Positions 13,151-25,500 of a stretch of DNA of 64,000 nt are shown piece by piece. Source of the stretch: Phoronis australis. Taxonomy: Eukaryota > Animalia > Phoronida. The notes below the pieces were generated by a model. It saw only the letters and a program-made list of their open reading frames with translations, had not been told where the DNA came from and did not search any database. Where the stretch lies: assembly GCA_002633005.1 (NCBI GenBank), contig NMRA01000303.1:186706-250705 (forward strand), read 5' to 3'. Positions within the stretch are counted from its first letter, which is position 1. Each line of letters starts with the position of its first letter. Both the position numbers and the translations under genes were made by a program.

Positions 13151-14174
13151 TCTCAGTTTTTACAAAAGGGGGCAGCATATGACGAACTTAGGTTTCAGAA
13201 TAAAATGGCTGCCGAAGGCAGTGCACATTTGAAATAACTCGGCACAAATTAAAGAAAACTTCCGAATCGATGAATGCGGTATATCTGTGAGAGTTAAATC
13301 GAATCCTATTCAGATCATAACTTTGAAGTGGAATAATTCGGTGAGTACAACAGCAAGTCGGTTTTATGCTTAGGCGGACGAACATTGGGCTCCCCAGTAT
13401 ATAATAGTTCATACTATAACCACTAGGTGTCTCTGTAGCTAGCTTCCCACCATTGTCTTAGTGACTACACGTTGATATTACATAGAGGTAGGAATTATCA
13501 CCTTTTCCATGTGTATTCACTTTATATCCCGTTTATAGTACATTGTCATTACCCTTGAGGCCTTGAGCTATACAGTAAGCATTCTCTTTACTTGTACTTC
13601 TAGGTCTCCATCATTCTTTCAATAAAGGTTGACAAGAAATGACGAATGTTTATCTAGTTACTTTATAATAAACACGATACAAATTATATACTTGCCAAAG
13701 GACAAAAAGGACGACACTTCGCACTGAATGACCTGCACCAGTGGCTTTGTTGACATCAACGAACGAGTGACGCTGACGCCAGTGACGGTCAAATAATAAA
13801 CGCAAGACTCTAATCTCTAAGCGAAAACTCCCGAGTCTTACACGACAATAACTGAAAGCTGAGATGCGCAGCTGTCGACTATGAGATAAAAACTCACCTA
13901 AATCACCCGTGAAACAAGCCATCTTGTACCAGGTAACCGGGAAAGGTACACACGTGGTTTCACCCTGCTTAGAAGGGATGAATGACACTCTCGTTTCGCC
14001 ACCTAGTGGGAATTGCCTTGCTAAACATCTGCACACTAGATGTCGCAAACGCTTGCTTAATCTGAAGATCACTTGCGTGAACTCGGAATACAAATTTATT
14101 CACTCAACATTCTAAGTTCACTCAACATTCTAAGTTCACGCACAGCAGCGCCAAGGAGTGTAAGGTCGTTATGC

Positions 14175-15345
14175 CGTGCGTGAACTTGGAATCTTGCTCA
14201 ATCTCAAGATTAAGCAGAAGTGAATGTTGCGTGAACTCGGAATTGAATATTCATTAAAAAAACTCATTCGTCCCTGCATGATCCCGCTATATATGGCGCG
14301 ACTGTTTGTTTTCACTCGGGGCCTGATGCTGCCTGGAGGCGTTATCTAAACAATATATCTCACAGGCATAGCACGACTTCAGGAGGGATACTAACGCAGC
14401 AATTTGTTGGTTTAAGTTTAAATATATTTAGGGTATTCCCAGTTTTCTAGGCTAATGAGGATCGAGACACCAGACTCATTGTTTGTGAAGAAGTTAATGC
14501 TTTTGAAAGATTATAGAGATGTTATTCCAAGAAATATAGTAGGATTGTTTGATTTGAAGACTAAATTGAAGCTAATTGCACTAAATTTGAGCCTAATTGT
14601 TATTACATAACACTGCTGTCACTTAATCATCTGCTAGGGTGACCTGTTTGTTGGAACTGACCAGATACAATAACAAAATGTCCAGTTACTGAGAACATTC
14701 TACTCTGTCACTAGCACTGTGTTCACTTGAAATACTGCCTTTTATTACACGGATATCATCTGCTGCTCTCACAGTTCTGGAAGTTTTTAATATGGAGGAT
14801 ACTGTGGATACTGATGACACTGGTCACACTTAGATATTGACTTAATTCGATGATAGTGTGGATACTGATGGCACTGAGTGGTCAGATTTAGATACAGATT
14901 TCAGTGATCTAGATTATAATGAGGATAAGCCACACGGAAAACTTTCCTGGCATGTTTTCTGGAAATTTAAGTGGATTATTTGTAAACAAGTGTCTTCGTT
15001 TCTGGAAAACAAAAAGTAAAATCGCTTGTTCAACCCTTTATCAGTATTAAATTTGGATAGAATTTATATCAACATGAAGCTCATTCTCCTTTACCGTAAC
15101 TTGTGTCGCTGAACTGGAAGAATATGTGAATGGCTAAATCGATTATAATTGGTGAAACTGATCGCCCATAGTGAAAAAGGTTGGTTAAAATTGACAGTAA
15201 TTCAAATGTAACTTGATTTAGTGCAGTGCAAATTTTTATGAACATGAACGTGATTATTTGAGTGAACTTGTCAAGTTGCCTCGCGTATTTTAAGTTCCCG
15301 CAACACCCACTTGAGATTAAGCAGGATTCCAAGTTCACGTACAGC
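14175..15345. mobile_element. Element of about 1.2 kb bounded by inverted repeats, probably a non-autonomous DNA transposon
   Basis: GTGCGTGAACTTGGAATCTTGCTCAATCTCAAG (14176) is the reverse complement of CTTGAGATTAAGCAGGATTCCAAGTTCACGTAC (15310); extra motif copies at 14055-14150 and 14230. Confidence 0.55.
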
Positions 15346-16826
15346 AGCGGAGTATACACAATTTGCTGGAGCACTGGACCCGCACAGTGCTGTTTTCACT
15401 GTCGGCTTAAACGCAAGTCTCAAGACACTCGACTCTCAAAGTAATCTCAATATGGATTTCACATCGGCCATTTCACTACTCATGAGACATTCACTGGGTG
15501 GCACATATATGAGCTAGTGGGGGGACTAGTCCCCCCCCCCGCCCCCGGCCCGGCACTCTTTTCAATGCTGCGCCGCCCATAGGCAGTGCACCACAAGGGA
15601 GCTGCGCCACCCATGCATTTGTACATATATCCAAGTTTCCATTCAGAATTGGGTAGGCCTGGCCCTATCATGAGTGCCGCCCGGGTGACAGTACACCGCC
15701 GTGTTGCGTGAACTCAAACTTTGAAGCCGGCGCGTGTCAGTGTATCTGCCTTGCGACATCGTGCCAATTTACCGAATCCTCAGCGATCACTCGGCGGCAC
15801 AGCACTGAAAAAGTGGCCGGGGCCCCTTGTGGCACACTTCCCGCCATGGGCGGCGCACAGGCACTGCAAAAACTGGGGGCTACAGTAGAGCGATCCCTCC
15901 CATGCCCCTTATGGTGCGTCGCCCATGGGATCATCGAAACAAGGCTCTTCGGCTCTTGCCCGTGCGTATAGTGATTACGTTTCGCACATACGTGCTCTCC
16001 AACAACAGCTATATGTAATGCAGTGTCAAACTTCACTGGATAGCCACCCAAGTGAGAACTATCCAGTACTCTAATTTTCTCTAACAGTCCTTGTTCGTAG
16101 TTGAAGATACCGCGCCTAGGCTAAGCCGGAACTTGGGTGGACCTCCACTTACCTGAAAGGCTACTCAAGTGAAACAGGCCTATCCTCTTAATTTAATTGT
16201 TGCACAAGGCTTTCAGTCCTGCACGCTGAAAACCAACATTCGAGGTTATGCAAATCACAGGTGAATTCCTGCTCCTCATTGTCATCTTCATCACTACACA
16301 ATGAGCCGGAGACAAAAAAAAATCGGTTCCGGTTCCTCTTCAGATAGATTTTCTTTGTTAAATAAAGTCGGCCAGTGGCTTTTTTTAAAAACAGTGTAAA
16401 GACGATGTTAGTATGTGCTTTAAGCATTTGCGCACCCAGGGGAGGTGGCCGGGGGACTCGGGGGCTAAGAACCCCTCCCCCATTTGGTGAAGTGGACAAA
16501 AAATCCACCTCAGAGAAACAAAAACTCTGAAAAAAGTAGAAAACGATGTAAAAGTCCACTTGGCAGCAAATGCTAAATTAATTTATAGCTCTAAGCGTAC
16601 CCACCGTGAATTTTGTTAAAAGGTCCACATTCTCAAAAATTCGAACCACCTCCCATTTTACAAGCTGTGAGGTTTGATGTGGTTAAATGGTTTAGTCAAT
16701 TGGATTCCACCAACCACTATGTACATGCATGTGCATTCGCGTACATGTTAATTTTAACGCGCGTGTTAAGGTTTGTGCACTGTCACTTTCGGGATATTTT
16801 TGTTGACGGCACTATATCTGTTATAG

Positions 16827-19095
16827 GAAAGTTAAAGTGGCCAAATACTTTCAATACAACATCGTGTAGTCGTTTGTTTTTTGCTCATTTGAGCTTTTAA
16901 AGACAAGCCATGGGTCTGTGTGATGCTTTACGAGTGAGGATTCTTACGCGCACTGGGTCACTTGGTAATGATTACAGTGCAATGACATTTGGGGATTCAA
17001 GGGAACACATACACATACAGCATAAGATCTGGTGGGAGCCTGATAACGGCGCACGGCGGAGAGAAACAGACGATTGAAAAGAAAGAGATTAGCAGAGAAA
17101 CATTTGAAAGACAGAAGGCGTAAGATGAATGGGAAAATAATTGTCAAATACCAATGATATATTTCAACATGTCGATTAAAAGTGAAGCGAAACGCCTTAG
17201 GTGCTTTAAATGTATGGCTTAATCTTCGACTTCTCATTAAAATTTTATATTCCAAATTCAAAAGAGCTGTATGAAAAAAGTTTAATAATGATGGCACCAT
17301 CTCTTTTCATCCAGAGTGCACGCGTACACTACATACTTGAATTTATCATGGAATTCTTTTTTTTTTTGAAGATTTCTCGTAGATGCACTGTTCTAAGCCC
17401 CGTGGCACGCGTACACAGCCACGAAATGAAGGAGAATTTGCTAAATTAAAAAGCGTCATTTTGTAACCTTTATCAAAAAACGCAAACTTCTGGCCGGTGA
17501 CAAGATCTTCATCAGTGAAAGTCTAAGCGACGATCAGCCCTGTTCTCCTGGATTCCTATTGGATCCTATAGGGTATCCTATAAAATTCCTATAGGATCCT
17601 ATAGAATTCCTATAGGATATTGGGTCAAAATCTAATTGGATTCCTATTGGATCCTATAGGAAATCCTATAGGATTTCGTATAGGATTCCTATAGCCTCCA
17701 ATAGGAATCCTATATGATCCTATTGGAATCCTATAGGCTGGTGGGCCAAAATCCAATTGGATCCTATTGGATCCTATAGCAAATCCTATAGAATTCCTAT
17801 AGGATTTCCTATAGGAATCCAATAGAAAATCCTATTGGAATTTTTCGTAAGGGTTTCGTTGTAGATACGGATGCTCTACCAAGTAATAAGGGTCAGCGTT
17901 GCCCGAAAAAACAAAAATCAAGCCTAGGTCACTTATTAGTCTCCAGACTTCCTTACTCTGATGGAACTTGATTCTGGTGACATGGAGATCATTCAGGTCA
18001 TTAACCGGGGTGCTCCATAGAAATAGGATTGGCTGGCCTTTTCAAAACTGGACTCCTCCAGGGGCGGAGTATTAGTTAGGATTTTACCCGTCAAACATTT
18101 GCACCCGCGAATTGCCAAATGGAACCTAGGGGAATTTTAGGGTGGGCATGCCCCCTTGGCCCCCCTAAATTCCCCACTGCTCTCCAGTTCAGTCACAGAC
18201 CATCACTAAGTTGAAACTGAATGCTGAAGCGATGCTATCGCAGCAAGAAAATATTTTTTTCCATTTTGATCGATAGGCTTTTTTGTACATTTTTAGCATA
18301 TTTTTAGACTTGTCACCTTTAATCAGTAGGCCTAACTGGAAAGGAAGTGCTGTTTAATTACATGAAGGAACAATGCAAATGCAGGCCGTTTAGGAATTCC
18401 AAACAGCAAAGGATATGATTTCGTAATTTTATGTCCAGTTTCTATCTTTCGTGAAAAATTTGTCGCTGAGCTTTCTTTTGCTAGTCGTGACCAATTCTAA
18501 AAAGTGAAACTCGTCTCAAAAATGGAGAAAACTGAAAACTTAATTGCGGTAAACGTTCACGTACACGAGGTTCAGGTACATGGCAATTTATTTGCCTATA
18601 AACTACCGACCATTTGTACCTATTGAGAGTATGACAGGATGTATACTGTATATGACGCAAAATCTGTGCGTTCGAACAAGTGCTCTTCCTATGGTTTCTT
18701 CCATAAATGACAATGCATGTTATCTCTTATTGATATGATTTCATTTTGCGGCAACTTCCATAAACTTGTAAATAAAATTGTTTATGCTGACATATGTCTT
18801 CGTTATAGTTATAGGCCGTGCGTGAGCGAAGCTCCGTTTTCAGAGGTAAAAGAGTTGTGTGCGCTAAAATGGTCATTTGTTATGACGTAATACTATCTCT
18901 GACAAAGGGACATAAAAAATGTAAACATGGTGTCATTGAATACCAAATGGCTATGTTCTTTTGCTCCTTATTTTCTCTGACCTTTCAGGTATAAATTCGT
19001 ATGGATGTGTGTACGAACCTGGCCACAAGGAGGATCGAAAGTGGGACGACGAGCCATGTACATATCGTGAGATTAATGAGTTTTCTCGACTATAA
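16827..19095 (+). pseudogene. Decayed C-type lectin domain gene (about 3 exon remnants)
   Basis: CTLD motifs in canonical order: W-x3-F-x3-SC-x-RLF-x3-LSF*xxAMGLC...GHLVMIT (16838-16976); SDGT*FW* and FQNWTPPGAE (about 17955-18069); then, after a strong acceptor at 18988, GCVYEPGHKEDRKWDDEPCT (18989-19095). In-frame stops and frameshifts are present. Confidence 0.55.
17550..17853. repeat. Array of 10-12-bp palindromic units (TCCTATAGGA / TCCTATTGGA), likely the subterminal region of a MITE
   Basis: About 25 units of (A/T)TCCTAT(A/T)GGA, ending in TTTTTCGTAAGGG. Confidence 0.8.
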
Positions 19096-19729
19096 CCTGA
19101 CGGCATTCGATAAAAGTTCAATAACCGAATTGTGAACTATTATTTTTAAAGATATCGCTACCACAGGAAGATCGTATGTTGTAATGAACTGAATTAGCAT
19201 CTTTATAGGTATCACAATTTAGGTAACACCTTCTAGTTTGCCGCACAGCAGATGTCATTAAGTGATCGGTTGCATGTTAACTCCAATGTATATACAAATC
19301 CATCTAGTCGGAAAAATTGAAATTGTAAAGGGACGTAGCGTGACTTCACAAAAACTGCCTCGTGACTCCGAACACTTTGTGGCTCGCCCTTGATATTTCA
19401 TTTGTAAAGGAACTTGAATTTTCTGACAATTAACATTTGCGGTACACTAGGCGTGCTTAGGCCGCCGGACCCATGGAACTTATAAACCCGATTACGACTC
19501 ATATGGACCCCTCCTCACGGGTGAAGTCTTCTAATCTTCCTGTTTTTTTTAAAGTACATTAGAAAATTGCACTTTGATGTACGATCTGTCGACTTCCCCT
19601 TAACAGGCCATGTGGCCATAGACTGGAACGCTGCGTTGCGTTAGTGATTCTCAGACGTACAGTACTAAGAACCTAGGCTCTCAGTCATGTGTGAGTTAGT
19701 TATTGGAGTTAGACATGATGGCCAAAATG

Positions 19730-19890
19730 AAGACATTCTCGGGAAGCCCCTGGGCACGACATGGTCATCCCGAAGATGTTTTATGATGCAGGAAACAAGT
19801 TTTGCCAAATCCTGTATGTTATCTATAATGCCACTCAGGCTTAGACCAGATATGGAAGCCTTAATAAAGGCATGTATAGTTATATTTGCT
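19730..19890 (+). mobile_element. LINE reverse-transcriptase N-terminal remnant
   Basis: Translation EAPGHDMVIPKMFYDAGNKFCQILYVIYNA resembles the KAPGxDG...L..LFN block that precedes non-LTR RT domains; disrupted by stops. Confidence 0.4.
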
Positions 19891-20550
19891 CGAGACCAGC
19901 TGGGCTCCAAGAGTCGGCCTGTCACGGCATGCTATCTTATGAACTGAGCATGGTCGAAATGCATAACAACCAGCTCTTTGCAAACCTAGAAATCATTCCC
20001 CATCTGAGTACGTAACAAGTTGCTACTAATTTCATACTGAAAGTGGTGTAAATCAAAAGTTCACTTCTTTGACGAATTGATAGCTGAAGGATTGCTAAAG
20101 GTGTTGCCTATCTAGTGGGATTTAACGTTACAAAACTGCATAGTCTGTCACCCAGTGAAGTGAAAACCAGTCAGTCCATGGTTGATAATAAATATATTTC
20201 CCCCTTAGACAAGACAATAAAAACAAACAAGTATGAGAAAAGCAACAGAGAAACAACAGAACCCTAGATTTCTTGGGAAAAAGCAATTCTTGGTCATTAA
20301 AAATTCTAGATCCCCATAAGACAAGTAGAATACTCAGCAGTTTCCTTTAATTCACATACTGCTAGTCACATCACACACACATCATTAACTTTTGGCACTT
20401 AGTGTGAATGAAAAGCTAAGTTCCTGCAGAGCAAGCTTCACATTCATAAGTTGTGAACCAACCACTAGAGGGCACATTAGAGGTAGAATGGCTTTATCCA
20501 GGGATTGGAACGACCCATGACACAAAAGAGGAAAAATTTCCAGGTAATGC

Positions 20551-20692
20551 ATGGCGCCGCATCATAGGGGGCTGGGGAGCTGTAGCCCCCTACTTTTTTT
20601 AGTGCTACGCCACACATGGTCTATAGGTGGTGCGCCATAGGGGGGCTGAGGGGGCTTTAGCCCCCACTTTTTTCAGTGCTACGCTGCCCATG
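20551..20692. mobile_element. Small GC-rich hairpin MITE-like element with two internal similar units
   Basis: CATGG...CCATG ends; repeated GGGGGCT...AGCCCCC..TTTTTT.AGTGCTACGC unit. Confidence 0.45.
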
Positions 20693-22265
20693 TGATGTAC
20701 CATTCTATAAATAAATAGGCTTATGTACAACGTTCACCTCTGAGTTGGAAATTCGTGGTGACGAAAATACCCGAGGTGTTCACGAAGTAAAAATGGCTTA
20801 TGTACTACAAACATTCAGAATTATAGCAATGCCCTCAAAAAGCATTTTCTATATTATGCCAGTACAGAGAAAGCCACAGCAAAGAAGAGTAAAAACACTA
20901 TGCAGATACAAAGTGCCTGATTCTACACAGCACATTGGCTTTTTTGTTTATACAGCACAATCTATCGAAATCAACATCCAAAGCAATGCCATCATGCTTT
21001 TATCGTATGACCGAACTGAAATATGTTAGAATAAATCGCTAGGAATTAAATTGACTGCCAAACTACTACGCAGAAACCTTTTTGAGTCCATAGAATGGTG
21101 CCCATGCTTGCTTTTCAAGAATTTAGTCTGGTACGAGGCCATGTGATTACCCAGCAGTGAAAATTTTTAACTCAAAATTGGTTAAGTTGTGCTACCAAAA
21201 CAACATTATCCTCACTGTTGAAATGTTTGTGTTTGGAACATGTGGAACACTTATCCCACACACACACACACACAATCAATAATTACCGAGTCATGCATTA
21301 CAAATTGTTCCCACAACCTCAGCATAAGATGCGGTCAACTATATGTAAGATGGATTGTGCTTTACCAATTATAACACAGGCAACAGGCTACAAAAAATAC
21401 AGCAAGAGTAAAGAGCCCAGTACACAAAATATTGAATCCAAACAGCAATTCTTAACATTCCGCCATACTGCAGCATTGAAGAAGTGAAATCAACCAGAAT
21501 GAAAACGGCCTAATATGTAAACTAATTCAAAAGTCATGGTGATGCAGAACAATTGTAATGGTGAATTTATTTTTTTCCAACCACATATGCCAACTACCAT
21601 TAGAAATGTTCAATAACTGCTGCAAGGGGTAGTCTCCTCAATGACTGGTAGATGGCGCTGCGCACAAAATGATGTCATCACAGTTCATACTGGGCAACCT
21701 TTGATGCCTAATCCAGACAAATTAACTAATTCTCTACTTCACACAGTCAATCAGATTCTAGGTCAATATAATGGATCACGCAGTAAAGTTAATATTGTTT
21801 ACACAGAATCATATGCGTGTGCACACCCAGCCTAAAGAATGGGAGAGCTCGAATTTTTGAGCATATGGACCGTGTACACGAAAATACGAGGTATGTTCAC
21901 TGCTATGCATTGCGCATTCGCGCCAAATATTTAGGTACTTTCTGCCCTTTTAGTGGACTTTTGTCTTGTTTTTGTTTCTGTGAGACAGATCTTTTTGCCC
22001 ACTTCACCAAATCGGGGGCCTCCTGTGTGCGCGCATGATATAGTGTGAAAGGACTTTACTTATCAAGCAATTTATGATTCAACACCATCTAACAATCAAT
22101 GATGAACGCAACAGCAAACAACAGTCAAAACGTTAAAAGGTATTTACGATTTTTGGATGGAAAAATCTAATGTTACTGCTGCAGTGAAAATGACGCGCTC
22201 ATCAACATAAATGACCATTGCTAGATTATAAAGAGTATATTATACTGTGCAAGGCAAAAATAAAT

Positions 22266-22479
22266 GGACAAAATATGTTTCCCCATCATGAAGGTAGTGA
22301 ACAGAAAAAATGACAGGTAATAACTACTAGGTGGCAAAATTATAATTCCACAATGGCTTAGCCACCTTTAACATTCTTGTAAATTTCCCTTCATTCTGGG
22401 TCATCAGGGAAAACCATTCTGATGCCGAATTTGACTTCTGCCCAGCCGTCATGACGGGGAATTCCGGGTCATTTTGTCC
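22266..22479. mobile_element. MITE family A, copy in the PDSS1 3' UTR
   Basis: Ends GGACAAAAT ... ATTTTGTCC; internal GGCTTAGCCACCTT and CCCAGCCGTCATGACGGG shared with 47172-47446 (inverted), 50255-50474 and 54901-55124. Confidence 0.7.
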
Positions 22480-22508
22480 TTATACTTTTGGTTTGTACTG
22501 TAGCTTAG

Positions 22509-25500
22509 TTAGTTCATCCGGCTGAGCATTTTTTCTGTGACTGTGACCAAAGCATCCCTATAAACAGACGGCTGAAACCTCTTCATCAGCCTGATGGCTT
22601 CGTTACAGTGCTGTTGAGCGAGAAACCGAGTTTGATCTACACCATCACTCTGAAAAGAAAACAAACCATGTTGAATACAGCAGGAAAAAAAAACCGGCGT
22701 AACAACCGACATTTTTTTTAAGGCTACTCGCAAAGAATGTATCTCAGATATGACTTTCTATCTCACAGTATGGGGCGCAACATCTTTTGTGATTCATCAG
22801 ATTCCATGAAACTCTAGTTGACTAGTTCTTGTCAGTAACAACAAGAGTAACGCAAAGTGTTGAAATGCGCCCGCGATTGTACTGCATGTGGTACGCTTCT
22901 AGGAACGTTATGTTAGGACCATAAAGACAGCCACTAGGTGGTGCAGAATATACGAAAGAAGTTATCACCAAGATCGTGCAAGGGGTTTAAAAGATACAGC
23001 TGCGGATATAAAAAAAACAAAACTGCCACATCGGGGAGCCACAGTAGTCGGGCCTGTCCAAAAATCAACATCAGTCAGAAAAACATCGGCATTTTTTAAA
23101 CATCAAAATATTAGAAAAAATGATCACACCACACTTCGTTCACTATAGCTCAACCAATCCAGGTTTCCATACAACAAAAAATTCAAACTCGACGGGAATT
23201 ACAAATCTACGAACACGTTCAAAAGCCCTTGCCCATACTGAGACAGTTTGTAATGCTTGTAATAAGTACACTGAAACATTGTTGCATTAACTTTCAAATT
23301 CTATTCAGGCGAGTCAAACTCGTCAGTGCAAATTCAAATTCGTCATGTCAATGAGTTGACCACATTGTTGACACTACTGCCTGCCAGCGCTCTCTATTGG
23401 CTTAGAGAATAACTTCCCAACAAATACATACCTTCTCAACGAACTTCATGGCAGTCTCCACGTCCCCTTTCCTGTTAAATCTTCGCATAATCATAGGATT
23501 TAATTCAGGATGCTGAAACCAAGAGTAAGCAACTGCGTTACAATTCTAAAATTTAATTCAGGATGATGAAACCAGGAGTCAGCAACTGCGTTACAATTCT
23601 AAAATTTAATTCAGGATGATGAAACCAATAAACAGCAACTATAAAATTCTGATGACTGCACAAAGTACATGGACAGATTAATAATATTTTGATTGCTTTG
23701 TTACTAATCTCTGACAAAATGAGCACAGAATCCTCAGCCTGGTCGCTACCAGTCTGTCAACAGCATCATAAAACAACAGTTTGTATTTCACAATTTTGAT
23801 GCAAGTCGCAAAAGCTCTGCTATTAGACACAGTCTAGAGGCAGATCCACGAATTCAAAATGACGTTTACATATTGATCTCCTTGAATTTAAAAACTTCTA
23901 AAATGTACTTTCCACAAAAGTGAATGACAAAAAACTGGATTCTTTGACTTAACAACATGTTGCACTTTGGGAAAGTATGTCGTAAAAACAAGACAAGAAC
24001 CTGCTGAGCAGCAAACAGCACAGGTGCAGTGGCAAGGCCAAGCTTGAGATCAGCTGTCGTTGGTTTGCCCATAAGTTGCTCATTAGATATGAAGTCAAGC
24101 AGATCATCTGTGAGCTGACAAAATAAAGAACAGTCAGTGCAATAAATAACATTAAACTGGTAGAATATCACTGGAATAAAATTAAAAGAGACTAGGCTAA
24201 TATGTCAAATATTATGTATATCAAACAATTCACACGGTTCGTTGACAATACTGACAATGTTACTTTTCATGAAAATATTCCGAGGAGTAATTTTTGTACA
24301 CAGATCGTGTCGAATAATGTATTTATCACTGCCATAGGAATCTAGATTTACCTTATGCAATGTCGGCAACAAGAAACAAGAGACAGACAAACCTTAGACT
24401 GTGATTGTGACTTAAACGTGACTCAGTTTCAAATTCAGGTGAGCAAGACGGGCGGAGTTGACAAAACAAAGCGTAATTTCTATCATTCATGGAAATTTTG
24501 TGATGTTGGACTTTTTGTGTGAACCATTTCAATATCCCACAGCAAAACAGTGCAGCAATTTAATGGCATTGTGATCACAAATAATCCATAAATAACACTG
24601 TAAAACACAAGTCTTGAATCTCCATCCAAATTACAGATTAAGCAAACAGTAGGTGGCGCTGAATGCTGAACCCCAAATACTCTATTGCCAACTGAACTTC
24701 ATTACGTTGCCGTTATATCGGAAAATGGATAGTCTTACATCTTTTCAGCAAATTTAAGAACGAAAATCGTAGATATTTTAATTACTCACAACAAACCGAT
24801 TAACTTGAAAGGTTGGGAGGAAAAGTTTGCCTGCAAATGTTCTAATCTTGTAGATTGTACTTATTAAGAAGTAGACACAGGTAAGTCGCAGACAAGAGGT
24901 CATGACACTGAAGCACTTACCTGAAAAGCAATTCCTAAGTTTCTACCGTATTGAAAAGCAAGTTCTTTGAAATCATCCGAACAATTTGACAAAATGGCCA
25001 CCTGCAAAAAGAAAACACGAAAATTTGTAACACCGATGAGATTGAAACAGAGATACACTTTTTATTTGATTGTCCTGTCCTTGCAGACCCACGGAAATAT
25101 CTTTTAGAACAATGTATTGCTAGAAATACAAACATAAAGGCTCTCTTAGGTTCAGATTCCACCTGTGTTTTAAGAAATACAGAAGCCTTCATTCAACAAG
25201 CAATGGCAATTAGGAGCGAAATTATGAGTATTTGATGAATTGGCCAGAGTATGCTGTTTGTATATAAATATAATGAACTGTGGGCCAATGACCCTATGAA
25301 TTTTGAAATTAACGTTAAACTTTTGTTTGTTTGAAAACACGATAGGTTATTAAAATAATGGATGATGCCTAAAATACTATGACTGCGGAAATAATGGATA
25401 GCTAATTATTCTTTTGAACAATCACAGAGAATTTTTTAACCCAACTAAATGGTCTTCAAACCTTTTCATGAACTTCAACTAAACAAAACAAGTCATAAGA

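Noticed and set aside
14790-14940. Acidic peptide-like stretch (DTVDTDD...SDLDTDFSDLDYNED)
   Set aside because: Interrupted by stops, short, and no family can be assigned; probably transposon debris.
17625-17822. ORF with (RIPIGS)n repeats
   Set aside because: Translation of the palindromic repeat array.
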